From contig CM052817.1 in the NCBI GenBank assembly GCA_028534125.1, positions 17,608,001 to 17,672,000 of the forward strand: a stretch of 64,000 nucleotides of DNA, read 5' to 3'. This DNA is from Lama glama (taxonomy: Eukaryota). Under the pieces are notes generated by a model, which did not search any database, had not been told where the DNA came from, and saw nothing but the letters and a program-made list of their open reading frames with translations. How positions within the stretch are numbered: position 1 is the first letter of the stretch; each line of letters opens with the position of its first letter. The position numbers and the translations under genes were made by a program. Shown piece by piece: positions 48,991-61,910 of the stretch.

Positions 48991-49131
48991 GGTTTCCTTT
49001 TGGGGTGATGAAAATGTTCTAGAATCAGATAGTGGTGATGATCACACAACCTTGGGAACATGCTAAAAACTACTGAATGGTACATTTTTAAAGGTGTATT
49101 TTATGGTCTGTGAATTATATCTCAATAAAGA
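48991..49131 (+). mobile_element. L1MB-like 3'-end fragment
   Basis: 'ttttggggtgatgaaaatgttctagaatcagatagtggtgatg...tgtgaattatatctcaataaag'. Confidence 0.85.
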
Positions 49132-49562
49132 GAATTCTTAATAAAAAAATACACACACAAATCTGGGCCAAGATCATTTAGTCACAGGGATTCTGCTGAC
49201 TCTTTTGTAAATGTTTCTGGTCAGGCCGGTGCCCTGTGATTTATTTTTTCAGGGACTGAGGATGGTGCCTTCCACCCTCCAGGAGCCTTTCCACACCCAG
49301 TTCTGATGGTTCTCATTTCTCTCCCCAACATCAAGGGCAGAGCCTGGAGACCTGGCAGTTGCTGCATTTGCTATTGCAGAACTTAAAGTGTTGTAAGGAA
49401 AGTAGCATTTTGAATGAAGTTAGTAAAGCCCTTGGAAATATATTTTTACATTCCAAGTGACAAAACGTAACTTCAAGCGAGGAAGATACTGTTGACATTT
49501 CATTCAACTTATCTCCTTAGCTATGTTTAGGTGCTATGCTTAATGCTTTACAGACTTTCTTT

Positions 49563-49766
49563 TTTTATTTTAATTTTTTAATTGAAGTATAGCTGATTGA
49601 CAATGTTGCATTAATTTCTGGTATACAGCACAGTGATTCAGTTATACATGTAAATATTCCTTTTCATATTCTTTTTCATTATAGGTTATTACAAGCTAAT
49701 GAATATAGCTCCCTGTGCTAGACAGTAGGACTTTGTTATTTATCTATTTTATATATAGTAGTTAAG
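49563..49766 (-). mobile_element. L1 3' end and A-rich tail, the L1 half of a U6-L1 chimera
   Basis: Minus strand 'tatataaaatagataaataacaaagtcctactgtctagcacaggga...cagctatacttcaattaaaaaa'. Confidence 0.9.
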
Positions 49767-49850
49767 AAATATGGAACACTTCATGAATTTGGATGGCATA
49801 TTTGAACAGGATCATTCCAATTTTAGTATATGTGCAGCGGAAGCAAGCGC
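49767..49850 (-). pseudogene. RNU6: U6 snRNA retropseudogene with internal 21-nt deletion
   Basis: Minus strand 'gcgcttgcttccgctgcacatatactaaaattggaatgat|cctgttcaaatatgccatccaaattcatgaagtgttccatattt' aligns to U6 nt 1-40 and 62-105; TSD 'cagactttcttt' 49551-49562 / 49851-49862. Confidence 0.93.
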
Positions 49851-51189
49851 CAGACTTTCTTTAATCATCATAGCAACTCTTTGAAAAAGGTAGTCTGAGA
49901 CCGTGAGGAAGTTGAGGCATAGAAAGATGAGTAACTTCACTGAGGTCCACAGCCAGTGGCAGAGCCCAGAATTGAACCCAGGCAATGGAATCCAGTACCT
50001 CTGTACCATGTCTCCTCCCATGTAACAGGTGCCCAGGATCACTTTATTCTCCTCACTCTCATCTTCAGGTCTCCGCTGAGACATTGTTTCATCTCAGAAC
50101 GGTCCTTGACCCCTTGATCAAGTGCCCCTCTTCTGTGGCTCTCTAGTGCTTGCATTTCTCCTCTCACACGATTTACCCCACTAGGGCCGTCATTGCCTAT
50201 TTACTCAGCTGTACCGATGACAAGGTGGTATGAGGGCAGAAATCACGTGCACCTCATTCTCTGATCTATCCCCAGGGCCTGGCATGTGGATGGTTTTCCA
50301 GAATGAAACTGAATGAATGCACGACTTTCCCTTTACCATCCTTTACTCTCAGGAGACTATCCAGGGTCTCTTTACTCTGTAATTTCCAAAAATGTTTGGA
50401 AATTTTTTTGGCTTTGTTGTAGATAATGCACATAAAATAAAGCTCCTCTCCCCTGATGGGTTCTCCTTTCAAATATTCGATGCTTTTTAAATTTTGTAAC
50501 TGACAGTTGTTGACTATTTTTGCCTCTGGGGTCTTTCCTCCTGGTTTAAATTGTCGTTCCAAACTTGCAGTGTAATTGGGATATTGTAGATGGAAAAAGG
50601 ATGGCGTAACTTTTACTTAACTGGGTGACATAGTCGAGTAGGTATTTCTTAATTCTGTCTCCGGTACTCAAGGTTAAAGAGCTTTAGCTCTGTTATGTTA
50701 GCTCTGGGCCAAAAAAACATGTCATGGACCTCCCATTACAGGTGCCTCCATCCTCCACCCTAAGAGGGCATCAGTGTGACTCCAAGGACCAGGTAGATTT
50801 TGCCCTCATTTTCCATATATTACTCCCACGGCTTCATTGCAAAAACCTCCACCCTTCCCTGCCTTTACCTCTGCCTCTCAACTTCCACCACCAACAGGCA
50901 TGACCCACAATTCACGGTCTCAGGAAACAAAAGGTACACTGAAATGAATCTCAAAGCAATAGGTGTAGATTGTTCTGTCACACCCTGGAGTGTCTAAAAT
51001 GCCACTTTTCTTTAATGTTCTAAACCAAATTAAACCTTTATCATGCCCTGCATTCAAAAGGATTGAGAGTTACCAAATTCCAGAAATTTTCCGTGATTTA
51101 TTCTTGCCCCCTGCATCACACAAGAAATTTGGGGCTTACCCAGATCAGAAATTTAGGGAAAGCCCCTGGTCCTCCATCCATCATTTCAA

Positions 51190-52166
51190 TGATACCCAGG
51201 AGCTGCTAGTTGCAAAACGCCATGGTAATTTTTTTCAGTCTTTATCTTATAGCATTTGACACGGTTGATTTCTCCCTCTTCCCCAGAAATCTTTCTTTCC
51301 TCTTCTCTGACTTGTGCCTCCCCTTCTCTGGTAGTGACTTGGCTGGTTCCTCCTCCTCTTCTCTAACTCTAAAATTGGGGTACCATCTTTAGACCTCTTC
51401 TCCATCTTCACTCCTTGTGTAGATGAGCCCGTGTAGCCCCGTGGCACCCAATATCATCATTCTACACTGATCATTTCCGAAGTGACCTCCAACTCCAACT
51501 TCTCCCTTCAACGCTAGACCCATCGAGCTGACTGCCTACTTGACAGCTCCACTTAGATGCCAACAGATATCTCAAATATGACATGTCCAAAACCCGATCA
51601 CCTCTCTTCCCCCCAATTCAGCTCCATCTGCATTCTTTCCTATCTCAGTAAAAACAATTTCATTATACTGTTTGCTCAGGATAAAAACCATGCAGTCATT
51701 CTAGACTCCCTCACCTCTCTCTCTCTCTACCCCACCCCCGCCATCTCTCTATCTCTATCTCACATTCAATCCATCAACAAATGTGATTGCCTTGTATAGT
51801 TTCCCGCCTCCTCCATTTCTACCAGCCTAGTCTAGGTCACCAGCATATCATTGCCTGCATTATTGCCACAAAGATTCCACTTGCTTCACTTGTGTCCTTA
51901 TCCCCTAAATCTATTCTTCACAGAGCAGCCAGAGTAATCCTTTTCAATGAAAATTCTGATTATATCACTTCCATCCTCAAAACTTTCCAATAGTTTCTCA
52001 TCACAATCAAAGTAAAATCCAAAGACTTTACAATGATCTGCAAGTACTTTCACGATGTTGTTCTCTCTGCCTGGAATACTCTTTCCCAAATACTCGTCTG
52101 GCTCATTTCCACACCTCCTTTATGTCTGAATTCAAATGCAGCCTCCTAAGTGGTGCCATCCCTGAC
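51190..52166 (+). mobile_element. L2 LINE, long 3' segment running into the gap
   Basis: 'agcatttgacacggttgatt...ctgcctacttgacagctccacttagatgc...aatatgacatgtccaaaa...cacagagcagccagagtaatccttt'. Confidence 0.88.
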
Positions 52167-52666
52167 NNNNNNNNNNNNNNNNNNNNNNNNNNNNNNNNNN
52201 NNNNNNNNNNNNNNNNNNNNNNNNNNNNNNNNNNNNNNNNNNNNNNNNNNNNNNNNNNNNNNNNNNNNNNNNNNNNNNNNNNNNNNNNNNNNNNNNNNNN
52301 NNNNNNNNNNNNNNNNNNNNNNNNNNNNNNNNNNNNNNNNNNNNNNNNNNNNNNNNNNNNNNNNNNNNNNNNNNNNNNNNNNNNNNNNNNNNNNNNNNNN
52401 NNNNNNNNNNNNNNNNNNNNNNNNNNNNNNNNNNNNNNNNNNNNNNNNNNNNNNNNNNNNNNNNNNNNNNNNNNNNNNNNNNNNNNNNNNNNNNNNNNNN
52501 NNNNNNNNNNNNNNNNNNNNNNNNNNNNNNNNNNNNNNNNNNNNNNNNNNNNNNNNNNNNNNNNNNNNNNNNNNNNNNNNNNNNNNNNNNNNNNNNNNNN
52601 NNNNNNNNNNNNNNNNNNNNNNNNNNNNNNNNNNNNNNNNNNNNNNNNNNNNNNNNNNNNNNNNNN
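52167..52666. other. Assembly gap (exactly 500 N, probably a placeholder length)
   Basis: Run of N. Confidence 1.
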
Positions 52667-53204
52667 CTCTCTCTTGCTGTGGACCCTCAGCCTTGTTGTT
52701 TAACCTCCCCTGGCCTTCATTTCATCTCCTTAAAATGACTCAATTGGGCAGGTGATCTCTAAGGATTCTTTCCAACCCTAAGCGTCAGTGGTTTGTTTTG
52801 TTTGTTTGTTTGTTTTAATTTGGAAGAAATAGAAGACACAGTTCTTGCACTCAAGGAATATTGAATCTAGCTAAGGAAATTGTTCTCATGCCCGTGAAAG
52901 AGGAGATAACCTCTGAGGATAGGACGTCAGGAAAGGTTCCCTGAGTGCTCTGTTCAGGAAGACTGAGAGTTCTGGAAATGACTCACAAAGGAAGGCAGCT
53001 GGCTAGGTCCTTGGGGTTGGATAGGTGCAGCCCCATCATCTGTGTAATCACCCAGTGTATTTATGGGCAAGGGTAGCTGGTGAGGACCCTCACAGATGTG
53101 GCCTTGCGAAGAGGTAGCACAGTGGGACGAAACGACCTGCTTGTTAGTCCAAGTTGGAAGTGACCTGGCTCCACTGTGAGACACACCTGGACATCCCAGC
53201 ACCG

Positions 53205-53350
53205 TTACTAGCTGTAAGCTGCCTGGCCTCAACTTTCTCATCTTGACCATAGTTCTGCTCTCATAATACATTTGTCAGGATTCAATACAAATAAAGCTTG
53301 CAAAGTGCTTAGCACAATGCATGATAGACAGTAAGTGCTCAATAATTGTT
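53205..53350 (+). mobile_element. MIR SINE
   Basis: 'ggcctcaactttctcatctt...aaagtgcttagcacaatgc...cagtaagtgctcaataa'. Confidence 0.75.
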
Positions 53351-56277
53351 AGCAGTAGCCTTGTTTTATGACTGTCAGTATGTGTCCAGCATGACCTTCC
53401 TGAGATGGGCTGAAAATAATCCCGCCCTCTGCATTCATTTCACCCGAAGACACGTGTCAGAAAACTGCAAGAATCTGGCAAGGGCAGAGTTGGCCACCTT
53501 TCCAAAGGGACATGCCAAGCTCCCCGTCTCAACACCAGGGGCCACGTGGCTGAAAGGAGGGGTCTCTGATAGCAGAGTCACATGTGGGTGGGGCTTAGGA
53601 AGACAGAGGGTGCCCACTGGCCACCAGGAGCACAGGTTAGGGGTCAACCAGCAGGTCCTTAGAGGGGACATGTGGGGACATAAGGCGACAGCTCTTGGCT
53701 CAGTCTTTCCCAGGCAGGGCACAGTGGCTGCTCCAGCCCTGTGCCATTTTTCATTGCCAACTGTTAGCGTAAAGGACTTTGCTCCACCGTCCTCAAAGCG
53801 TAGGAGAATCCAGTGCAGACAGTGAAAGGCAGAAAAAGGCTGGTAGATTCGGGTGTGATGATGTGGGATTCCTTTCTAGCTTTTCTTATTGCCCCGCCCC
53901 ACCCCTCACAGTTAGGCATTGCGTTTACACTTAAAATGAAAATCCAGACCAAAGTTACAAAGAATAAGGACAAATAACCCCACCCAATCTGCTGAGTTGA
54001 GTAGATAAATGCATGTTTTCTTTGTAAATATATGCGCATGTAAACATGTGGCGTAGAGGCTTATGCCCAAAATAAATTGATAATATGATAGTCTAAAAGA
54101 AAACACAAAACCTTTCCTACTTCCCTCCTTAAACATCCCAGCCACCACCACGATCCCCCAACCCAAAATGGAAAGATTTAAGCCATTTTAAAGTAGACAG
54201 CTCCATCGCATCTGCAATATGATTATTTTCTTTCAAAGCAATGGTTTTCACTTACCAACATTGATTTATTTTTGTCTAGTTTGGGGTTTTCCCTCTTAGT
54301 GTGATGAGTGTAAGTGAAAAATTTAGCAGTGAGAGGCAATGAGACCATCCTCCTGAAATTAAAAGTCGCCCCATGTTATCTCCTTTCTCCAAAGGTCGCG
54401 ATTTCTTCCTCGGTCCCTCCCAGAAGCTCACCGTGGTGGCTGCTTTCTGAGAGTTTATGTGTAACTTCCTTCACTGCCGAGGCCAGGATCTAGGTTAACT
54501 TCTGGAAGTATCTTTGGAAACTAATGCCCAGGCAAAACTCCAAGAAAAAGAGGCACATGGTGAGGAACTGACATAATTTTTTAACACCACAACCAGCATA
54601 TTTCTGGAGGCAACTGCAGCCAAAAACGGGGTTGCCAAGATCAATATTGATCTAGCCCTTCATCCAATCAACAAATGCCATTGTTTATAAGATATAATTT
54701 TTCTTGGTTAAAGTTCAAAGTTAAACTCCAAGGATTTTCAAAACTATAAAAATGAGAGGCTTTCATACCCTCAAAAAAAAAAAATTCTTGGCCAGTTTTC
54801 CTCCTTCATGGGTTTTCACAGTCACTATAAGAAACATAGCCAAGAAAACATTTTTGGGTCTTTTTTCCTCTGAACTCTGGTAGCTTTTAAAAGGAGGATT
54901 ATGCTAAATATCTACATAAAAGTCCCTTAAATCTTGGTACCTCTTCTGAAAATCATGGCGTGTCAGCTGCACAGGTGACTAAGGGTTGCATTTCTGTTCC
55001 ATGACTACCCACCTGCAGAATTCCATAAATCAATTCAGCTTTTTCCAGATTTAGACTCAACAGCCCTCTCCCTTCCTAGCCCTCTTTTTTAATGTGGAAA
55101 TGACAGAGTCTTTTCTAAGCCCCTTGGAGTAAGGCAAAGTGTTCTGTGGCTCACGTCTGATTCCGAAATGGAAAACCTTCGCGAGTAAATGGTGAGCAGA
55201 TGGTGCTTTGGAAACCAGTTCCTCGTGGTTCTTCTAGATCCAGACGAGCATCCACTTCTGGGAGCCGGTGTCAGTGACAAGCAGGTCAGGTTTCAGATGT
55301 GGAGGCAGGGTGGGATAATAGTTAGATCTGTGAGCACCTTCAAGTTGGGCACCTTCTTTCCTAAAAAAAAAAAAAAAAAGAGTCTTAACAGAGACCAGAT
55401 TTTCCCCTCCACACCTGCCTTCCCCCCAGAAGACCTGGCAGAATGGCTTGTACGCACATGTAGCTGAGAGACTGCTGACTGATGGATCGATTGGTTCCTC
55501 TGTGGATGCCTACAGAATACTGATCCCTTCCTACGGAGATGCCGCTCAGTTCACTCTTCTGGTTTGGAGGAGACGTGAGCTGAGGACGCGAGCATCCACT
55601 CCTACCACAAATGGGTATTGAGCGTCTATCACATACCAGGCTCTTGTCTAGACTCTGGGGGGTCCAGCCATGAATAAAACAGACAAGGAGTCCTTGCCCT
55701 CTAGGAGCTTATGCTCTAATGGGAGGAGAGCATGTAGATTATGAACAATGAACTAATCTCTTCGAGGAGATACCTTGCGTACATTTATGTGATACTCTTT
55801 AACAAAAGACAGGAAGAGGAAGGAAACAATTGGAAGCCAGCAAGCTGTGACTCTGTGCTCTAGGACACAGCAATGCGAGTTTGGAAACCACCACAGCCCA
55901 CCAAACACTGAGCCATCACGAGACCAAGAACCCAAAGGCTAATTTTGACCACAGACATCTTTTGCCAGCACCGACACCTCACATTTGTACAGAACTTTCC
56001 AGTCTGCCAAGAGCTTTCACAGACACTGCTTCCTACAATCCTCACAATAGCCCTGCAGGGTGGGCAGAAATGATCATTCCTGTCCTGTCGATGAGGAAAG
56101 AGGGGTTTCAAGACCAAGAATGCCTTGCACAAGGCATGAAACACACATAGCAGGGCTGGGCTTCAAACTCAGCAGAACAATAGCAATAACAATAAATATA
56201 GTGCTTACTACATACTCAGCGCTATTCTAAGAGCTTTATATGAGTTGACCCATTTTAATTCTTACAACATCCCGATG

Positions 56278-56357
56278 AAATTGTGCTCTACACTGGAATT
56301 TGACACAACATTGTAAAATGATTATAAATCAATAAAAAATGTTAAAAAAAAAAAAAA
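56278..56357 (+). mobile_element. Very short young L1 3' end (same family as 10959-11355) inserted in a MIR
   Basis: 'aaattgtgctctacactggaatttgacacaacattgtaaaatgattataaat' is the reverse complement of the 10970-11020 sequence; AATAAA plus poly(A). Confidence 0.9.
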
Positions 56358-57213
56358 GAAATCCCAATAAGATAGATGTGATGATTTTCCCCAACGTACT
56401 GATGAGATCATTTAGACACAGAGAGGTTGAATCATTTGCCTATGGTCACACAGCTAAAAAGTGCCAAAGCTTGGATTCAAACTCTTGTCTTTCAAACTTA
56501 AGCAGCCTCCTCCAACCTTGGCTGCAGCTCCAGGCCTAAGGGCAAGGCGTTCTCTCAGTGCAGAAAAGAAGGTCGGTCCATTGAGCAATTGGCCAGGAAC
56601 ACATGAATAGCAACACACCAGAGATGCCACCACCTATTACAAAGAACAATGGTCTCTCTGTGTTAATAACATAGTTCAAGAGTGGTCGTAACATTAAGAG
56701 GGAAAGAAACACAAAGGATTTTTTTTAAAAGGACTGTCTAAAGATCCCTTTGCTGCAAGCCATACATCCCATTAGGATGAAGCTGGTTTATCTGTTAATC
56801 CTTTGAATTGATAGAGGACCATGATTTGCATGATTTCCTTGCTTAATTTTAACCATCCTGTGATGCCTGTCTTCTCTGAACTCTGACTCCATCCTGTATT
56901 TACAAGATAATATTACATGTAATTATATTTTGCTTTGTACTCTCACATAATTATTCCATGTATTCGCATCCTGTCCCCCCAAAACAAATTGTAAGATACT
57001 CAATAACTGAGATCTGTATTGAATGCTTTCATTGGCCTTTCAGGATTAACTTGGTACTCAATCAGTGTTTGTGGACTGTTTGAATGACGATCTTTAAGAT
57101 GAATTCTAAGTTGCCCTTCAGAAATATTTGTGCTTATTTCAAATGGTTGGCTAGAGAGATTTGCTGTTTTTTGTTTTCTTGGAGTTAAAACCGTAACTAT
57201 TCAAGTATAAAAA

Positions 57214-57400
57214 CAGGGTGCTGATAAATGTTTAGCAGCCAGCCCTCCAGGAAAAAAAAAAAAAAGGCCTTGATCTCCAGCATTTCCCTCAGTACAAATT
57301 CTCTCGCCATGGCTGAGCTCATGCTACCAGCATGCTGTCAACTGGCTTCCAAAATTCCTGAAAATTTAACAATCGATTTTATTAAGCTGGTACAAAACTA
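57214..57400. mobile_element. MER63-like hAT relic
   Basis: 'gtgctgataaatgtttagcagccagccctcc...caaaattcctgaaaatttaacaatcgat...aagctggtac'. Confidence 0.65.
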
Positions 57401-58513
57401 CAGTTTCTCCCCCTGAAATAAGATCTTTGCTGGTTATAAGGACTTTTGGTTCTCTATCTCAACAAAGGCTTTCTTAGTGGGCAATTGTATGCAGGTTTGT
57501 CTGAAGTATAAGACTTTAGGTTTGGACATATACTAATTTGAAATACAAACCTTAGCCGTGTAGCAATCACTCAGTCATTCCAGAATCAGGTTGTGGGAAA
57601 GGTTCTGTATTTAAATTGATGAAACTAAAAAACTGAAATCTGTTATTTTAAGCCAAACAAACAACCAAGCTCCATGCTTCCTCCTGCCTTTTTTCCTCCC
57701 TCTGTTTCTTCTTCCATCACTTCACCTCCTTTACTTCTCATGCCATTTTCATTCCCAGTGGCAGATTTTGCTCTTAACTTATGGTGACGTTGGTGGAATA
57801 AGAAAACACCTTTGAGGCCAGTGATCTTGCCAACCTAAATCCACGTGATAATCACCACAGAACTTAAAACAACTGTTGGATTGGTTTTCCTTCTAGCCAG
57901 TCTTCCAGAGAGTCCTTCTTCTAATTCAACTTTTTTTTCAGGGTTCCTGAAGTGTCCTTAATGGGATATGTACTGGCCACAGTCGTCTTAGAGGAAAAGA
58001 GACAAACCTCAATACAGTTTGGAGAGTTTTACAAGGTTCTACAGTTGAGAATGTTGTCTTCCCTGAATTTATAAAGATTCTAGCAGCCAGTTAGAAGCCC
58101 AGGCCCTCCTCTTCACTGAACCTCTTGTTATGAGAATTTCTATTCGGTACGTGAGGGGAGGAGGGTTAAGGCCGGTCCACATGGAGAAACTGGCTCCACT
58201 GCGGCCTGGCTGACGGGCCTGTCCGGGCGCCGAGAGCAGCAGAATGTGATGACATTGATTCAGAATCATCCTCATTGAATCAAAAATCATTAGTATTTTG
58301 TTTAAAATAGGAGCTGTATGACTTTAACAGGTTTTTAAAGGAAAATAAGGAAAATCGCTTTTATTTCAATGTTTATTTCAAATATCAATGAGACTTTTGT
58401 TAAATTCATTATGTCAGACCTACTTTTATTGACTACACTGGTTCTCAGACCCTGAAATGAGCTTGCTTTCTCTTTTCTTTCTCACAAGCATGTTATTAAT
58501 ATGAATGCAGTTC

Positions 58514-58607
58514 TTTTTTTTTTTTTTTCAAATGGAGGTAGTGGGGATTGAACCCAGAGCCCCATGCATGCAAGGCATGTAATCTACCACTGAGCTATGC
58601 CCTTCCC
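58514..58607 (-). mobile_element. vic-1-type tRNA-Ala SINE, short form with poly(A)
   Basis: Minus strand 'gggaagggcatagctcagtggtagattacatgccttgcatgcatggggctctgggttcaatccccactacctcca' plus A15. Confidence 0.88.
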
Positions 58608-58929
58608 TAAATTCTCCTTCTGTCCTTTTTCCTACGTGTGTCTGGCTCTTTTGTCCATGTGCCAAAGGAAAGCCTAGTCATGGGTGCTTTCAACCCAAGA
58701 GGCTGGATGAAACCTTTCTCCACGTGATTTTGGATTACATGTTTTTTTTTTTTTCCTCTCTCCAAGTTGACCACAATCTCTGTGCAAGCACAGGCAAAGT
58801 ATTCTGTTTCTACCCGGATCCCCTGCACATTGCAGAGCACACTGTGTGTGCAATCCCATAATTTTCAGAGCTCGGAGGGTCTTTGGTCAGATCCACTAAC
58901 CTAAGCTTCATGACTTCAGTCCGTGGAGG

Positions 58930-59095
58930 CAGTCTTATTCAAGGTGTTCGTGAGGTGTCCGTGACCTCTCTGAGGTTCCGTAGAAAGTAGTGTACGCAGC
59001 TGTGTGTGGACAGACGTGCCTGTGCCTGTTGGCATTTTACTGGGGAGAAATGTTCATCAGATTCTCAAGAATGTTAATTTGTTAAACCTCTGGGG
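58930..59095. mobile_element. MER103-like hAT relic
   Basis: 'ggtgtccgtgacctctctgag...gcattttactggggaga...ttcatcagattctcaa'. Confidence 0.5.
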
Positions 59096-59448
59096 ATTGG
59101 GACATCTGACAGAGAGAGAAAGTGAGCCCAGAAAGAATAGATCCTTCCACAATAAATAATCATTGCATCTGTACATTCATGAAGGAATTATTTGTCTGAT
59201 TTTGAGAAACATTTCATATACGATCACTTCACAACTTTAAGGTGTACAATGCAGCGGGTTTCAGTATACTCAGAGTTGTGTAACCATCCCCACTAACTAA
59301 TAGGGACTACTTACTGAGAGCCTTTGTGCCAAGCAGAGTTCTTCGTACAATGGATGTAGCTGTGGAAACAGGAGGAATGACATCTCTACCCTCAAGTAAC
59401 TTCTGTCGAGGCACAGTAAATTTTAAGTAATAAGCAAGTGGACAACCC

Positions 59449-59865
59449 TGTTGTGGGTTGAATTGTGTTCCCCCCAACCAAAAACAAAAAAATTCATAGG
59501 TTGAAGTCCTCGTCCTCAGTACTTCAGAATGTGACCTTACTTGGAAAGAGGGTTATGGCAGATGTAATTAGTTAAAATGAGGTCATACTGGAGAAGGGTG
59601 CGCCCATCATCCCCTTTATAAAGAGGGGAAATTTGGAAGCAGATCCATCCACAGGGAGAACACAATTTGAAGCTAAAGGCAGAGATCGGAGTCATGCAGC
59701 AGAAGCCAAGGAACTCCCCAGACTGCCAGCAACCACCAGAGGCTGGGGGAGGGGCCGGGAGCAGATTCTCTTTCACAATCTTCAGAAGGAACTAATCCTG
59801 CCAACATTGTGATCTCGTCTTCCAGTCACCCAGTCTACAGCACTTTGTTTCGTCAGCCCTATTTA
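59449..59865 (+). mobile_element. MLT1B/C LTR
   Basis: 'tgttgtgggttgaattgtgttcccccc...cagaatgtgaccttacttggaaa...gactgccagcaaccaccagaggctgg'. Confidence 0.85.
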
Positions 59866-59879
59866 GCTTGCAGTCTGCC

Positions 59880-60660
59880 TACAGAGGAAATTATAAGGGT
59901 GCCACAGGATAGTTGGGAAAGGGGTTACTTTTTACTTTGTACAGAGGATCATAATGGAAGCCTTCTTCGAGAAGAAGCTTGGCGTGGGAAAATGAGAAGG
60001 AGCCACTCTTATGAGCATCATAAAAGAGCATTCCTGACAGAGGATACAGCAAATGCAAAGGCCCTGAGGCAGGAATGAGATTAGCCAGTTAGAAGAACAG
60101 AGGGATGACGGGTGAGGCTGTGGCATGGGGGTCATTGGTGACAGTTGTACCAGATGAAAAAGGAAAGGTTGACAAGGGCTGGATCCACCATGACTTGGGA
60201 GGCCATGGTGGTGAGTTCAGGTGTTCCTCTAAAAGCAGTGAAAAGCAATTGAAAGATTTCAATCAGAGGATTGTCAAGAGCAGAGTTATGTCTGGAAAGA
60301 TGACTCTGGCTGTTGAGTACAGACTAGATTGTAAGACAGCAGGCTGTGAATCTGTGGGGAGGCCTTGGTCGAAGTCCAGTAGTGGGAGGATGGTGGCTTG
60401 AACTAGAGGGGAGGTTTGCAGTGGGTGAGAGGCAGGGCACCTGGAGATATGTTCTGAACAGAAAACGAACAGCTCTGGCTAAGAGAGGTGATGGCAACAG
60501 AGAAAATAAAGGTATCACTCAAGTCAGGGGATTGCCCAGCTCAGTGGAGGGGGGTGCCATTCACCAAGATGGAAAGGCTGGTAAAGGTACAGATTTGGGG
60601 GAAAATAATCAAGAGTCTGTTCAACTCCTGTAAAGTTTAAAGGGACTCATAGATACTCAA
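59880..60660 (-). mobile_element. L2 LINE
   Basis: 'acagcaaatgcaaaggccctgaggcaggaa...ggaaagatgactctggctg...ggtgccattcaccaagatgg'. Confidence 0.8.
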
Positions 60661-61034
60661 ATGTACTTGCTAATTAATTGAAATATGTTTTTAAGTAAAC
60701 AACTACCTTTTCAAAGTGAATTCAACCAATTGTGCTGAGAGAACATTTCTGAGACTTTGCAGCGCCTCCTGCGATAATAGGAGGCACACTGGAGTATCCT
60801 GTGAACAGGGCTGCAAGTCCCACTCCAGGGTCCCTCATCTAAGAGGAGAGCGATGGGGCACACTGGAGGTTTATCCGGAAATTGCTACCTTTTAGCATCT
60901 CTTGGCTCATCTCCCCATCCCCACTCTCCCCAGTCCCTCTCATCTCCCTGATAGTCTCCTGGACTTGGTTCATTCAAGAAATTCTCGAGGCCCCAGTGCT
61001 CACAGTCAGCATGGTGAGTGAAAGTTGTACAGCC

Positions 61035-61450
61035 GTGTGGATGTCTCCTTGGGTTATGGTCACAAATTACCACCAACTTGGTGGCTTCAAACAGCAGAAA
61101 TTTATTCTCGGAGTTCTGGACACCAGAAGTCTGAAATCGGCAAGGCTGCATTCCCTTCTCAGGCCTGAGGGGAGAATCTTTGCTTCCGGCTCCCAGGTTC
61201 TGGCGGCTCCAAGTGCTTCCTGCCTTGTGGCTGCATCACTCAGTCTCTGCCTCCATCTTCACATGGCCCTCTCTTCTGTGGCCTCCAAACTCCCTCTGCC
61301 TTTCCCTTATAAGGTCACTTAGCATTGGATTTAAGTCCTGCGTGGATAATCCAATGTGATCTCACCTGCAGATGCTTAACCACATCTACAAAGACCCTTT
61401 TTCTAAACAAGGTTACATTTACAGGTACTAGATGGAGATACCTTGGGAGA
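61035..61450 (-). mobile_element. MLT1C/D-like LTR
   Basis: 'acaaattaccaccaacttggtggcttcaaacagcagaaatttattctc...cacatctacaaagaccctttttctaaacaaggttacatttacaggt'. Confidence 0.85.
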
Positions 61451-61479
61451 GAGGGGACTATCCCTCAACTGACACTGAG

Positions 61480-61910
61480 CAATGAGTGAGAGACTTGCTC
61501 CATCTTCTCACAGGATATTAACTGAGACCTGAATGTGAACGTGAACTTGTAGAGAGAAGGAGAGAGAAGGCATCCAGGCAGGGTCTCTGGCAGATCTGAA
61601 GACCTTGAAGAGAGAGAGTGGAACGTCTTGAGGACATGGGCCAAGCTAGATGAGGTCGGAGAAGTCATGCAGGACCAGATCATGGGGGGCCTGCTGAGCT
61701 CTGGGAAAACATTTGGCCTTAGAGGCAATGGGGGATGGCTGAGGATTTGAAACAGGGGAGGGTCATGGCCAGGTGTGCGTTTGAGAAAAATAAGACTTGT
61801 GTCTTGTGGAGAATCAATGTGAGAAAGGAAAACTGGGGCTAGACAGGTCAGTTAAGATGCTCGTTGGAAGTCTATCAGAACATGGTGGTTTGGACTAGAT
61901 GGGTGGCAGA
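61480..61910 (-). mobile_element. L2 LINE fragment
   Basis: 'tgagacctgaatg...ggcatccaggcaggg...gcaggaccagatcatggggggcc...ggtggtttggactag'. Confidence 0.65.

Noticed and set aside
49767-49850. Functional U6 snRNA gene
   Set aside because: ACAGAGA/AGC core deleted, many substitutions, the 5' end abuts the TSD with no PSE/TATA, and it is fused to L1.
52122-52755. ORFs of 193 and 201 aa (and 37065-37313)
   Set aside because: Artefacts of translating through N gaps.
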